From an uncultured Sandaracinus sp. (GTDB taxonomy: Bacteria; Myxococcota_A; Polyangia; Polyangiales; Sandaracinaceae): DNA of 64,000 bases. The notes under the pieces were generated by a model. That model saw only the letters and a list, made by a program, of their open reading frames with translations, did no database searches and had not been told where the DNA came from. This document shows, piece after piece, positions 35,960 through 43,500 of the stretch. The stretch spans positions 1,096 through 65,095 of the forward strand of contig CAIKNO010000330.1 of assembly GCA_903828805.1 (NCBI GenBank), given 5' to 3'. The stretch's first letter is position 1. Every line of letters starts with the position of its first letter. The translations under genes were made by a program, and so were the position numbers.

Positions 35960-36841
35960 ATGCCCTTCCTCCTGACCGCCGCCGAACACGCCGCACGCTG
36001 GGCCTTGCACCGCACCGGCGTGACCAGCCGGAGGATCGAGACCCCGGTGGGCCGCATGCACGTGCTCGATGGGAGGGGCGGTGGCGACGGCGCGCCCATC
36101 GTCCTGCTCCACGGGATCGGGGCGTCGGCGACGCCCTACGCGCCCGTCCTGGCGCGGGTCCGCCCCCATGTGAGGCGCGTCATCGCCCCCGATCTGCCCG
36201 GCCACGGGTTCAGCGAGGCGCCTCCGCGCGGGCTCGATCCCGACCGCCTCTTCGAGGTCGTGCGCGACGCCCTCGACGCGGTCCTCGACGGCCCGGCCGT
36301 GATCTGCGGCGGCTCGCTCGGAGGCGCCCTCGCGATGCGCTACGCCGCGGAGCGGCCGCACCTCACCGCGTCCCTGGTCCTGCTCTCGCCGGCGGGCGCC
36401 CGGCTCACCGAGGACGAGCTCGACACGCTGCGGGGCCACTTCGACATGAAGGATCGACGCGATGCGCTCGCGTTCTGCCGGCGCCTCTACCACCGGCCGC
36501 CGCGCAGCCTGCCCCTCGTCGCGGGGGAGATCCGCGCGCGTCTGACACGGGATGTGGTGCGCGACCTGCTCGCCTCCGCGCGGACCTCGCACGCGGTCAC
36601 GCCCGAGACGCTCGCCGGCCTCAAGATGCCGGTGGTGCTGGTGTGGGGCCGGTCGGAGCGGCTCCTACCGCCGAGCGCGCTCGCGTATTTCCGGGCGCAC
36701 CTGCCCGCCCACGCCCGCATCGAGGAGCCCGAAGGGCTCGGGCATTGCCCCCACCTCGACGACCCCGCGCAGGTCGCCCGCGTGCTGCTCGAGGCCGCGC
36801 GGAGGTCCGCCCCGCCGGACCCCTCGACCGCCCCCGGGTGA
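35960..36841 (+). CDS. Alpha/beta-fold hydrolase
   Basis: ATG start. Blocks present: IVLLHGIGAS, the nucleophile-elbow variant GGSLGG, and a C-terminal GHCPHLD histidine block. Confidence 0.8.
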   Translation: MPFLLTAAEHAARWALHRTGVTSRRIETPVGRMHVLDGRGGGDGAPIVLLHGIGASATPYAPVLARVRPHVRRVIAPDLPGHGFSEAPPRGLDPDRLFEVVRDALDAVLDGPAVICGGSLGGALAMRYAAERPHLTASLVLLSPAGARLTEDELDTLRGHFDMKDRRDALAFCRRLYHRPPRSLPLVAGEIRARLTRDVVRDLLASARTSHAVTPETLAGLKMPVVLVWGRSERLLPPSALAYFRAHLPAHARIEEPEGLGHCPHLDDPAQVARVLLEAARRSAPPDPSTAPG

Positions 36842-37585
36842 GCCCCCGGCGCGGCGACGCGCGCTCCGCACGACGAGCGCGGCGAGCGCGGCGAGCCAGA
36901 CCGCGAGGGGCGCGGCGCCGATCCCCGGGCCGGACACCGCGCAGCGCTGCGACAGCCGCGCCGTCTCGAGCGCCGGCGCATCGCGGGCCGGCAGGGCGAA
37001 CGCGACGGCGGCGACACCATCCCCCTCGGGGTCGCCGCTTCCGTCGCTGACGACGAGCCCCGCGAAGAGGCGGAGGTCGGGCACCGCCGTCGATGGCGCC
37101 GTCCATCGCACCCGCGCGCGCCTCGCCCCGCATGCCGAGGTCCGCGCGACGAAGCGACCTTCGAGGGGGAGCAACGCCGTCGCGCCCTCGCCTCCCGGGC
37201 CGCAGCGATCCTCGTCGGTGAGCGCCCCTTCGGGCAACGCCATGAGTCGACCGACCCCATGGCCCGCGCCGTCGGCGAGCTCGAGGACCGCGGACGCGAA
37301 GCGCGCGTCCGCCGGGAAGGCGAGCTCGAACTCGTACGTCTCACCAGGCTGGTACCCGAGGGGCGGCAGGCCACCGAGCGCCAGCGCAGGCGCGACGCCG
37401 CCGCGATGGCACACGCCGCACCCGTATCCGTCGGCCGGCGCCCCGGTGAACGCGCGCCCCTCGGTCCCGCCCTCGAGCGCCGGGGCGTCGAACCTGCCGG
37501 GGTCGAGGTAGGCGGACGCGCGCCCCGCCGGCAGCGCCGCGACGGCGGCGAGGCAGACCATCCGGCCCCATCGAGCGCGGCTCAT
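36665..37585 (-). CDS. Exported CxxCH-motif protein with internal MYXO-CTERM-like segment
   Basis: ATG 37583-37585 overlaps the upstream stop as ATGA. It has signal peptide MVCLAAVAALPAGRASA and the heme-c-type motif YGCGVCHRGG. The segment RCAVSGPGIGAAPLAVWLAALAALVVRSARRRA resembles a MYXO-CTERM sorting signal. The ORF then continues 57 aa antisense to gene 35960..36841 before the first stop, so the functional 3' end is uncertain. Confidence 0.65.
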   Translation of the reverse strand: MSRARWGRMVCLAAVAALPAGRASAYLDPGRFDAPALEGGTEGRAFTGAPADGYGCGVCHRGGVAPALALGGLPPLGYQPGETYEFELAFPADARFASAVLELADGAGHGVGRLMALPEGALTDEDRCGPGGEGATALLPLEGRFVARTSACGARRARVRWTAPSTAVPDLRLFAGLVVSDGSGDPEGDGVAAVAFALPARDAPALETARLSQRCAVSGPGIGAAPLAVWLAALAALVVRSARRRAGGSPGGGRGVRRGGPPRGLEQHAGDLRGVVEVGAMPEPFGLLDAGVGGQVRPEIRERARR

Positions 37586-38232
37586 CCGCCGTCTCCAGCG
37601 TCGGGCACGTCACCGTCGGGCACGTCGCCGTCGGGCACGTCGCCGTCGGGCACGTCGCCGTCCAGCGCAGGCGAGGCGTCCCGCGCCGCGCCGTCCGGGT
37701 GCGCGGCATCGGCCGCAGCGCCCCCGTCGAGCGGCTCGAGGGACACGCCCGCCCACGCGGCCAGCGTCCGCCAGCCGAGCGCATCGCGGTCCGCGTACAC
37801 GTTCCGTCCGAGCGCGTCGCGGCCCATGTGCGCGGCCCCGCCCGCCCCGGCCTCGAGCGGCTTGCGGAGCAGCAGCGACTGCGCCGGATCGGAGACGCCC
37901 GCGAGCATGCTGCGGGCCCGGTCGAACGCGGCCCCGCGCTCGGCGTCGCTCGGCGGTGCGTAGCGCGCGGTGCCCGGGTCGAGGCGCGCGCGCCCGGGGC
38001 CGAACACGCGGAAATAACGGGAGGCATCGCCGTGACAAGCGACGAAACCGCAGTCCCGCAGCAGCACCGGATACACCTGCGCGTCGAACACGGCGCGGTC
38101 CGGCGCGGGCGGCTCCGCCGGCAACGCCGCCTCCGTCCCGCAGCCGGCGGCGAGCGCGACCAGCACGACGAGCGCACGCGCGGGCCCGGGGCGCGGGGCC
38201 CGCCCCCGCCGGGCGCTCAGTTGCATCCGCAT
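37582..38232 (-). CDS. Lipoprotein with cytochrome-like FDxxVxPxL...CxxxxCH block and C-terminal (GDVPD)4 repeat
   Basis: Only the last 217 aa of track ORF 37582..39309 are protein-like. The start is ATG 38230-38232 (or 38224-38226), overlapping the DUF4266 stop. It has lipobox LAAGCG and the motif FDAQVYPVLLRDCGFVACHGD. Confidence 0.65.
   Translation of the reverse strand: MRMQLSARRGRAPRPGPARALVVLVALAAGCGTEAALPAEPPAPDRAVFDAQVYPVLLRDCGFVACHGDASRYFRVFGPGRARLDPGTARYAPPSDAERGAAFDRARSMLAGVSDPAQSLLLRKPLEAGAGGAAHMGRDALGRNVYADRDALGWRTLAAWAGVSLEPLDGGAAADAAHPDGAARDASPALDGDVPDGDVPDGDVPDGDVPDAGDGG
37600..37659 (-). repeat. 15-nt tandem repeat x4 (GGCGACGTGCCCGAC on the coding strand) encoding GDVPD
   Basis: Units at 37600, 37615, 37630 and 37645. 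One unit carries a single synonymous difference. Confidence 0.9.
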
Positions 38233-38423
38233 CCGCCCCCTGCACCGCCGAGGCCTCCGGCCGCCCCTTCGCGGACCTCGGTCGCGTGTCCCTCCGCCTG
38301 CAGCAGCTCCGGGCTCGAGGCGAGCTGCATGTCCGGCCGGGACAGCCGCTCTCGCTCGTAGGGCAGGATGGTCGCGCATCCGCCGAGCGTCACGAGCAGC
38401 ACCCACGCCACGTGAAAGGCCAT
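38217..38423 (-). CDS. DUF4266 family small lipoprotein
   Basis: Trimmed from track ORF 38217..38597 to ATG 38421-38423. The 68-aa product has lipobox LGGCAT, a PYERERLSRPDM block and the family-typical C-terminus GGAGGGCGCN. Confidence 0.8.
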   Translation of the reverse strand: MAFHVAWVLLVTLGGCATILPYERERLSRPDMQLASSPELLQAEGHATEVREGAAGGLGGAGGGCGCN

Positions 38424-38824
38424 TGCGCTCGACGATAATGCAAGCGCCGAGCCCCGCCCAGCGTTCGCTGGACCCTCGGGGCAGACACGCCGGCTCCTCC
38501 TGGCTCCACGCCGACGCAGGAGCGGGCCTGGGCGCGGCGCCTGGCGGTGATCGCGGCCGCGCCGGCGCCTCGCTTCCACCATCGAGCGGAGGAGCATTCG
38601 CGCGACTGGTGTCGCTTCCCGCCTCGAACCGCAGACGCCACGGACCCCCAGCCTCGCTTCCCGCGGGCACCGAGCCGACGACGACGGACGGGGTCCAGAG
38701 GCCCCCTGGGGACGCGGGACCCCAGCCCCCTGGCGGGCCGGGCTGGAGCCACGGCACCTCAGCGCCGAGCCGCCGTCGGCGTGCGACGACGGGTTGGCTC
38801 CACGAATCCCTGACGATTCGCCGC

Positions 38825-38839
38825 TGGCACGGTGGCTGC
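38825..38839 (+). promoter_or_regulatory. Sigma-54-like -24/-12 element (doubtful)
   Basis: TGGCACGGTGGCTGC fits TGGCAC-N5-NTGC. It would place the transcription start only about 4 nt before ATG 38855, leaving no room for an RBS. Confidence 0.2.
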
Positions 38840-38854
38840 TGTAGCATTCGGTGC

Positions 38855-40060
38855 ATGCGGACCCTCACCCTGACCACCCTGCTCGGCCTGGCCTGCCTCG
38901 TCGCCGCGGGATGTTCGACGGGCGACGTCTCGATGCGCGCCAACGGGGATGGCGGCGTGACGATGTCGGACGCCGCCACCGGCGAGGCCTCGGCCGAGGG
39001 CTTCTTCGAGACCCGCGTGATGCCGATCCTCGGCGCCGAGGGCAAGGGCTGCGTGAACTGCCACGGCGGCAGCGGCACGGCGCTGGACTTCCTGCGGCCG
39101 AACCCCGACGTCCGCACCCAGTTGCTCGGCACGGCCGGCATCGTCGACCTCGTGAACCCGACCCGCTCCCGCCTCCTGGCGCCGGGCACCACCCACGTCG
39201 GCACGAACCCCGACGCCGACGACGTGACGGTGATGCTGTCGTGGCTCGAGCTCGAGCAGGCGGCGCGCCGCCTGACCGGCCCCGCGGACCAGCGGCTCAC
39301 GACGGACACCGTGGAGGTCGCCTACGGGTTCAACACGCTCTCGCTCGAGCGCCTCGGCAGCACGGGCGCGCTGCGCGGCGCCAGCCTGCACTTCACGGCG
39401 CGGTGGGAAGCGGGCAGCACCGTCGCGGTGTTCAGCGACATGCGCGTGACCGCCGGGCGCGATGGCGTCCGCCTCGTGCACCCGATGTTGACGACGACCG
39501 TGGCCGGCGTCTCCGCGGACGACGAATCGGATCGTTTCGGCGGCCTCGACGTGCGGGTCGAGCCCGGTCAGACCGCCGACCTCGGTCCCGGCTCGGTGTT
39601 CCTGACCGGGTTCCCCGAGGGCTCGCGGCTCTCGTTCCGCTTCGACGCGGTCGAGCCCACCGAGGCCACCACGGTGCCCTCCGACACCGATGGCGGCACC
39701 GTGCTGCCGACGCCGACGCCGACGACGCCGGGCGACGGCTGCGCGCAGCTCGGGGCGTTCCGGATGTTCGCGGCGGGGCCGCTGACGACGAACTGCACCT
39801 CGTGCCACGGCGGCGGCAACCCGCGCGCCACGGCGTCGGTGGACATGCGCGAGGTCGATTCGGCGTCGGACACCGTGCTCGCGACGGGCTGCAACCAGAT
39901 CCTCGGACGCATCCCCGCGACCGCCCCGGAGACCAGCGGGCTCTTCGTCCAGCCGGCGCCCGGCGGTCCGCCCCATCCCTTTCACTTCTCCACCGACGCG
40001 GACTTCGCGCGGTTCCGAGACGGGATCCTGAACTGGCACGCGATGGAGGTGGGACGATGA
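38855..40060 (+). CDS. Lipoprotein with two CxxCH motifs (Planctomycete-cytochrome-like modules)
   Basis: Track ORF 38423..40060 trimmed to ATG 38855. The N-terminus MRTLTLTTLLGLACLVAAGC carries a lipobox. Motifs are FFETRVMPILGAEGKGCVNCHGG and LTTNCTSCHGGGNP. The N-terminal half is paralogous to gene 43501..44316. Confidence 0.8.
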   Translation: MRTLTLTTLLGLACLVAAGCSTGDVSMRANGDGGVTMSDAATGEASAEGFFETRVMPILGAEGKGCVNCHGGSGTALDFLRPNPDVRTQLLGTAGIVDLVNPTRSRLLAPGTTHVGTNPDADDVTVMLSWLELEQAARRLTGPADQRLTTDTVEVAYGFNTLSLERLGSTGALRGASLHFTARWEAGSTVAVFSDMRVTAGRDGVRLVHPMLTTTVAGVSADDESDRFGGLDVRVEPGQTADLGPGSVFLTGFPEGSRLSFRFDAVEPTEATTVPSDTDGGTVLPTPTPTTPGDGCAQLGAFRMFAAGPLTTNCTSCHGGGNPRATASVDMREVDSASDTVLATGCNQILGRIPATAPETSGLFVQPAPGGPPHPFHFSTDADFARFRDGILNWHAMEVGR

Positions 40061-41304
40061 ACAGGCGCGCGCTGCTCTTGCTGACGACGCTCGCGACCGG
40101 AGCGTGCACGGGCCCTTCGTTCGAAGGAAGCCCATCGCCGACGGCGCCCGACGCCTCCACCGGCACGCCACCGGTCGAGCCCCCGCCCTCCGGCGGCGGT
40201 GCCACGGGCGGCCCGGTGGACGCGGACGGCGACGGATACCTCGACGTCATCGACCCCTCGGGCACCCTGGATCCCGAGTGGGAGGCGAGGCTCGAGGAGC
40301 GGGTCCTCGACCACGGCGCGGCGCTGCGGACCGCCTCGTTGCGCCTCCGCGGCACGCTGCCCTCGATGACCGAGATCCAGTACCTCCGGCGGTCGGCCGA
40401 CCCGAAGGTCGCCTACGAGCAGCTCATCGACGGAATGCTCGAAGAGCCGGTCTTCCATCAGCGGCTGATCGAGTACTTCCGCGACACCTTCCGGATGGGC
40501 GGGGGCGCGCTCGACTCGGCGCCCGTGTTCGCCGCACAGCTGGTCGCCGAGGGCCGCGACTTCACCGAGCTCTTCACCGCCACGAGCGGCACCTGCCCGA
40601 CCTACGACGCCGAGACGGACACCTTCACGCCCGCCGACTGCGACAACGGCGTCGAGACCCACGCCGGCCTGCTCACCCACCCCGCCGTCATGCAGCAGTT
40701 CGCGTCGAACCTCGCGTTCCGGCGGACCCGCTGGGTGCAGGAGATCTTCGTGTGCGCGCCCTTCCCGGCCGAGATCGGCACGGGGCGGGACATCGGCGCT
40801 TCGGGCCTCTACACCGCGCCGTGGTCGTGGGACAGCATCTCGGGCGCCGACAACGGCGGCCGCATCGACTTCCACGACACGAGCTCCGTCATCTGCGCGA
40901 ACTGCCACGCGACGATGAACCACGTCGCCCCGCTCTTCGCGCAGTTCGACGAGCGCGGCATGTGGAGCGCCGACATCGCCGTGCGCCTGCCTCTCGACGG
41001 GTCACCCCTGGCGATGCGGACGGACTGGCTCCCCGAGGGAGAGCCCACGGCCTGGCGCTTCGGCGAGCCTGCGCCGACCCTGCCCGCCCTCGGGATGGCG
41101 CTCGCCGCCGACGAGGACGTGCAGCACTGCACGGTGAGCCGCGCCTGGAACTGGGCGATGGGCCACGGGGACGTCATCAACCAGGCCGCGCTGGTGCCCG
41201 ACGAGGCCGTCGCGCCGATCGTCGCGGAGTACGAGGCGTCCGGCCACGACCTGCGCCGCGCCCTGCGGGCGGTGTTCACCTCGAGCGACTTCGTCCGGTT
41301 CTGA
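40057..41304 (+). CDS. Lipoprotein resembling the DUF1592/DUF1588/DUF1585 C-terminal modules; one CxxCH
   Basis: ATG 40057 overlaps the upstream TGA as ATGA. It has lipobox LATGAC. Blocks are HAGLLTHPAVMQQFASNLAFRRTRWVQEIFVCAPFP, SVICANCHATMNHVAPLFAQFD and the terminal LRAVFTSSDFVRF. I recognise these from memory as DUF1588/DUF1585-like. Confidence 0.7.
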   Translation: MNRRALLLLTTLATGACTGPSFEGSPSPTAPDASTGTPPVEPPPSGGGATGGPVDADGDGYLDVIDPSGTLDPEWEARLEERVLDHGAALRTASLRLRGTLPSMTEIQYLRRSADPKVAYEQLIDGMLEEPVFHQRLIEYFRDTFRMGGGALDSAPVFAAQLVAEGRDFTELFTATSGTCPTYDAETDTFTPADCDNGVETHAGLLTHPAVMQQFASNLAFRRTRWVQEIFVCAPFPAEIGTGRDIGASGLYTAPWSWDSISGADNGGRIDFHDTSSVICANCHATMNHVAPLFAQFDERGMWSADIAVRLPLDGSPLAMRTDWLPEGEPTAWRFGEPAPTLPALGMALAADEDVQHCTVSRAWNWAMGHGDVINQAALVPDEAVAPIVAEYEASGHDLRRALRAVFTSSDFVRF

Positions 41305-41322
41305 ACCCTGGAGAGCACGACC

Positions 41323-42075
41323 ATGAGCCCCTTCTCGACGAAGCACCTCGGCGTCCTGGCCCTCCTCGCCCTCGCGGGCTGCGCGGACACCGCGCTCACC
41401 GGCGGGCGAGTCAGCGGGTCCGCGATGCCCAACGCGTCCGCCGCCGACGACCCCTCCGCGGTGCGCGTGCAGGGCACCTTCTCCCCGGTGGATTCCGCCG
41501 GCGGGATCGTCAACACCTTCCATCACCCCCAAGCGCTCGACGGCGCCGAGGTCGACGACCCGCGCGAAGTCCTGGCGCGCGGCTCCGAGGAAGGACCCAT
41601 CGCCTACACGACGCGTCTCCATGGATGCCGCAAGATGCGCTACGACACCGTCGGTCGGATGCTCGCCGACGTCGGGGTCGACCTCGCGGCGACCGAGACG
41701 ACGAGCGCCGGCGCGCTCTACCGTCGCTCCGACCAGGCCATGGGCGCCCCGAACTATGCCGCCCGCGTCCCGGAGACGATCGAGCTCACGACGGCCAGCG
41801 CCTCGCGCCTCTTCGACGTGCTCGTGCAGGCCGCGCCCGAGGTCATCGCGAACCTCGGCAGCGTGCCCCGCTGCCAGGTCGCCGGCACCGGGGTCACCCT
41901 CTTCGACGCCGACGGACAGTGCAACGCCGACGGCCTGACCTGCCTGCTCGGAGAGCCCGCGTCCGCCGACCACGTCGCCCTCTGCAACGCCGCGCTGAGC
42001 GAATCCCCGACGCCCGAGAAGGGTCAGGTCCTCGCCGTCGCCGCGCTCCTGGCCGCCGCCGCCACCTGCGAATGA
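41323..42075 (+). CDS. Lipoprotein, possibly a DUF1587/DUF1595-like module
   Basis: ATG with GGAGAG RBS and lipobox LALAGC. The block RKMRYDTVGRMLADVGVDL...YAARVPETIELTTASASRLFDVLVQAA resembles the N-terminal module of DUF1592-family proteins. The C-terminal part is Cys-rich. Confidence 0.65.
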   Translation: MSPFSTKHLGVLALLALAGCADTALTGGRVSGSAMPNASAADDPSAVRVQGTFSPVDSAGGIVNTFHHPQALDGAEVDDPREVLARGSEEGPIAYTTRLHGCRKMRYDTVGRMLADVGVDLAATETTSAGALYRRSDQAMGAPNYAARVPETIELTTASASRLFDVLVQAAPEVIANLGSVPRCQVAGTGVTLFDADGQCNADGLTCLLGEPASADHVALCNAALSESPTPEKGQVLAVAALLAAAATCE

Positions 42076-42085
42076 GGAGACCCCG

Positions 42086-43486
42086 ATGACCGCCCACGAC
42101 GACCGCACCATCGACAGGGACACGCAGCACGCACTCGGCCGCCGCGGCCTGATCAAGCTCGCGCTCGCGACCGGCGCCGCCTACGGGCTCAGCCACGCGA
42201 CGGTGCTCGACATCCTCTCGGACTGCGGGGGCGTCGCGCTCGCCGACGACGCCTGCACCAGCACCAACCGAAGCGTTCACATCGTCGCCGGCGACGGCGG
42301 CTTCGCGTGGTTCCAGCTGCTCTGGCCCCACGTCGACGTGGCGCGGGCGCGCAACGACTCGTTCGCCTGGCACGCGGTGGGCGAGGAGCGCGAGGCCACC
42401 GGCACGGACAAGCCGCTGATCCTCGGGCCCCAGTCGCCCTTCCGCGACGCGCCGGGCCGCCGGCAGATCACCGCGTTCATGTCGGGCAACAACGAGACGC
42501 ACTCGCGCACGCCCTCGTCGAGCTCCCAGGTGGCGACCGGCGCCGACCTCTTCGGGGTCTGCGCCGCGATCCAGACCGCGACGCCCTCGGTCGTGCCGGT
42601 CATCACCGTCGGCGATGCCCCCTTCCGCGGGGCCCCGGGGGCGCCGCGGCCGGCGCGGGTCGGCTCCGCCGACGAGATGGTCTCGCTCTTCAACAGCGCG
42701 GCCTCGCAGGTCGGCGGCGCGCTGCACGACCCCGCGGACGCGCAGCGCTTCTCCGCGCTCTACTCGGGCTTCATGGGCCTGCGCCGCGCCATCGGCCGCG
42801 CGACGATGCGGGCGGGCGCGCAGACTGGACGGCAGTCCGCGGCGCTGCTCGGCCAGAACCTCGCCGACCGCCTGCGGGTCACCGACGCGGACCTCACGCG
42901 GTACGGCGTCAGCGCGACCTCGCGCACGCAGAACGTCGAGCTCGCCCGCGCGCTGATCGTGACCGCGAAGGCGTTCGCGCTGCGCCTGACCTCGCAGGTC
43001 GTCATCCCCGCGTTCCGCGACGACCCGCACGGCGCGTTCAACGACATGGGCGCGCTCGCCCGAACGGTGACGGAACTCGGGCAGACGATCGACGCCTTCC
43101 ACGCGGACTTGGCCGCGCTCCCCGAGCCCGGCTGCGGGACCAGCACGATGGCCGAGAACGTGGTGATGTCGTTCCACGGCGACACCCCGAAGAACCCGCT
43201 GCAGCGCAGCGGCTGGCCCGACGGCACGCCGGGCAACACGAACTGGTGCTACGTGCTCGGCGCCGGAAAGCTCCAGACCGGCTGGTTCGGAGGCATCCGC
43301 CGCGACGGCAACGTGGTCGGCTTCAACCCGACGACCGGCGAGGAGGCCGACATGGGCAGCGGCGCGACCGCCAACGCCGCGGCCGCCGCCATCGCCTACG
43401 CGGTGGCCCGGGGCGACATGCGCCGGGTCAGCGATTTCTACCGGGGCCAGTCGATCGGCGGCCTGATCTACTCGCCCACGACCTGA
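42086..43486 (+). CDS. Tat-signal exported protein (DUF1552/DUF1501-like partner by position)
   Basis: ATG with GGAGA RBS. It has the twin-arginine-type N-terminus LGRRGLIKLALATGAAYGLSHA. At 466 aa its composition is protein-like throughout. The family assignment rests on architecture only. Confidence 0.7.
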   Translation: MTAHDDRTIDRDTQHALGRRGLIKLALATGAAYGLSHATVLDILSDCGGVALADDACTSTNRSVHIVAGDGGFAWFQLLWPHVDVARARNDSFAWHAVGEEREATGTDKPLILGPQSPFRDAPGRRQITAFMSGNNETHSRTPSSSSQVATGADLFGVCAAIQTATPSVVPVITVGDAPFRGAPGAPRPARVGSADEMVSLFNSAASQVGGALHDPADAQRFSALYSGFMGLRRAIGRATMRAGAQTGRQSAALLGQNLADRLRVTDADLTRYGVSATSRTQNVELARALIVTAKAFALRLTSQVVIPAFRDDPHGAFNDMGALARTVTELGQTIDAFHADLAALPEPGCGTSTMAENVVMSFHGDTPKNPLQRSGWPDGTPGNTNWCYVLGAGKLQTGWFGGIRRDGNVVGFNPTTGEEADMGSGATANAAAAAIAYAVARGDMRRVSDFYRGQSIGGLIYSPTT

Positions 43487-43500
43487 GCGCGCGGAGACCG

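Noticed and set aside
38825-38839. The sigma-54-like TGGCACGGTGGCTGC as the promoter of the rightward cytochrome-motif operon.
   Set aside because: The sequence match is good, but the implied transcription start is only about 4 nt before ATG 38855, leaving no RBS. By my rough base-composition estimate about one such match is expected by chance in 64 kb on both strands. I kept it only as a low-confidence feature.
38423-38854. The 144-aa N-terminal extension of track ORF 38423..40060, and the minus-strand ORFs in the same gap.
   Set aside because: The extension is Gly/Pro/Arg/Ala-rich without structure. A textbook lipoprotein signal peptide begins at ATG 38855. I treat 38424-38854 as a divergent regulatory region.
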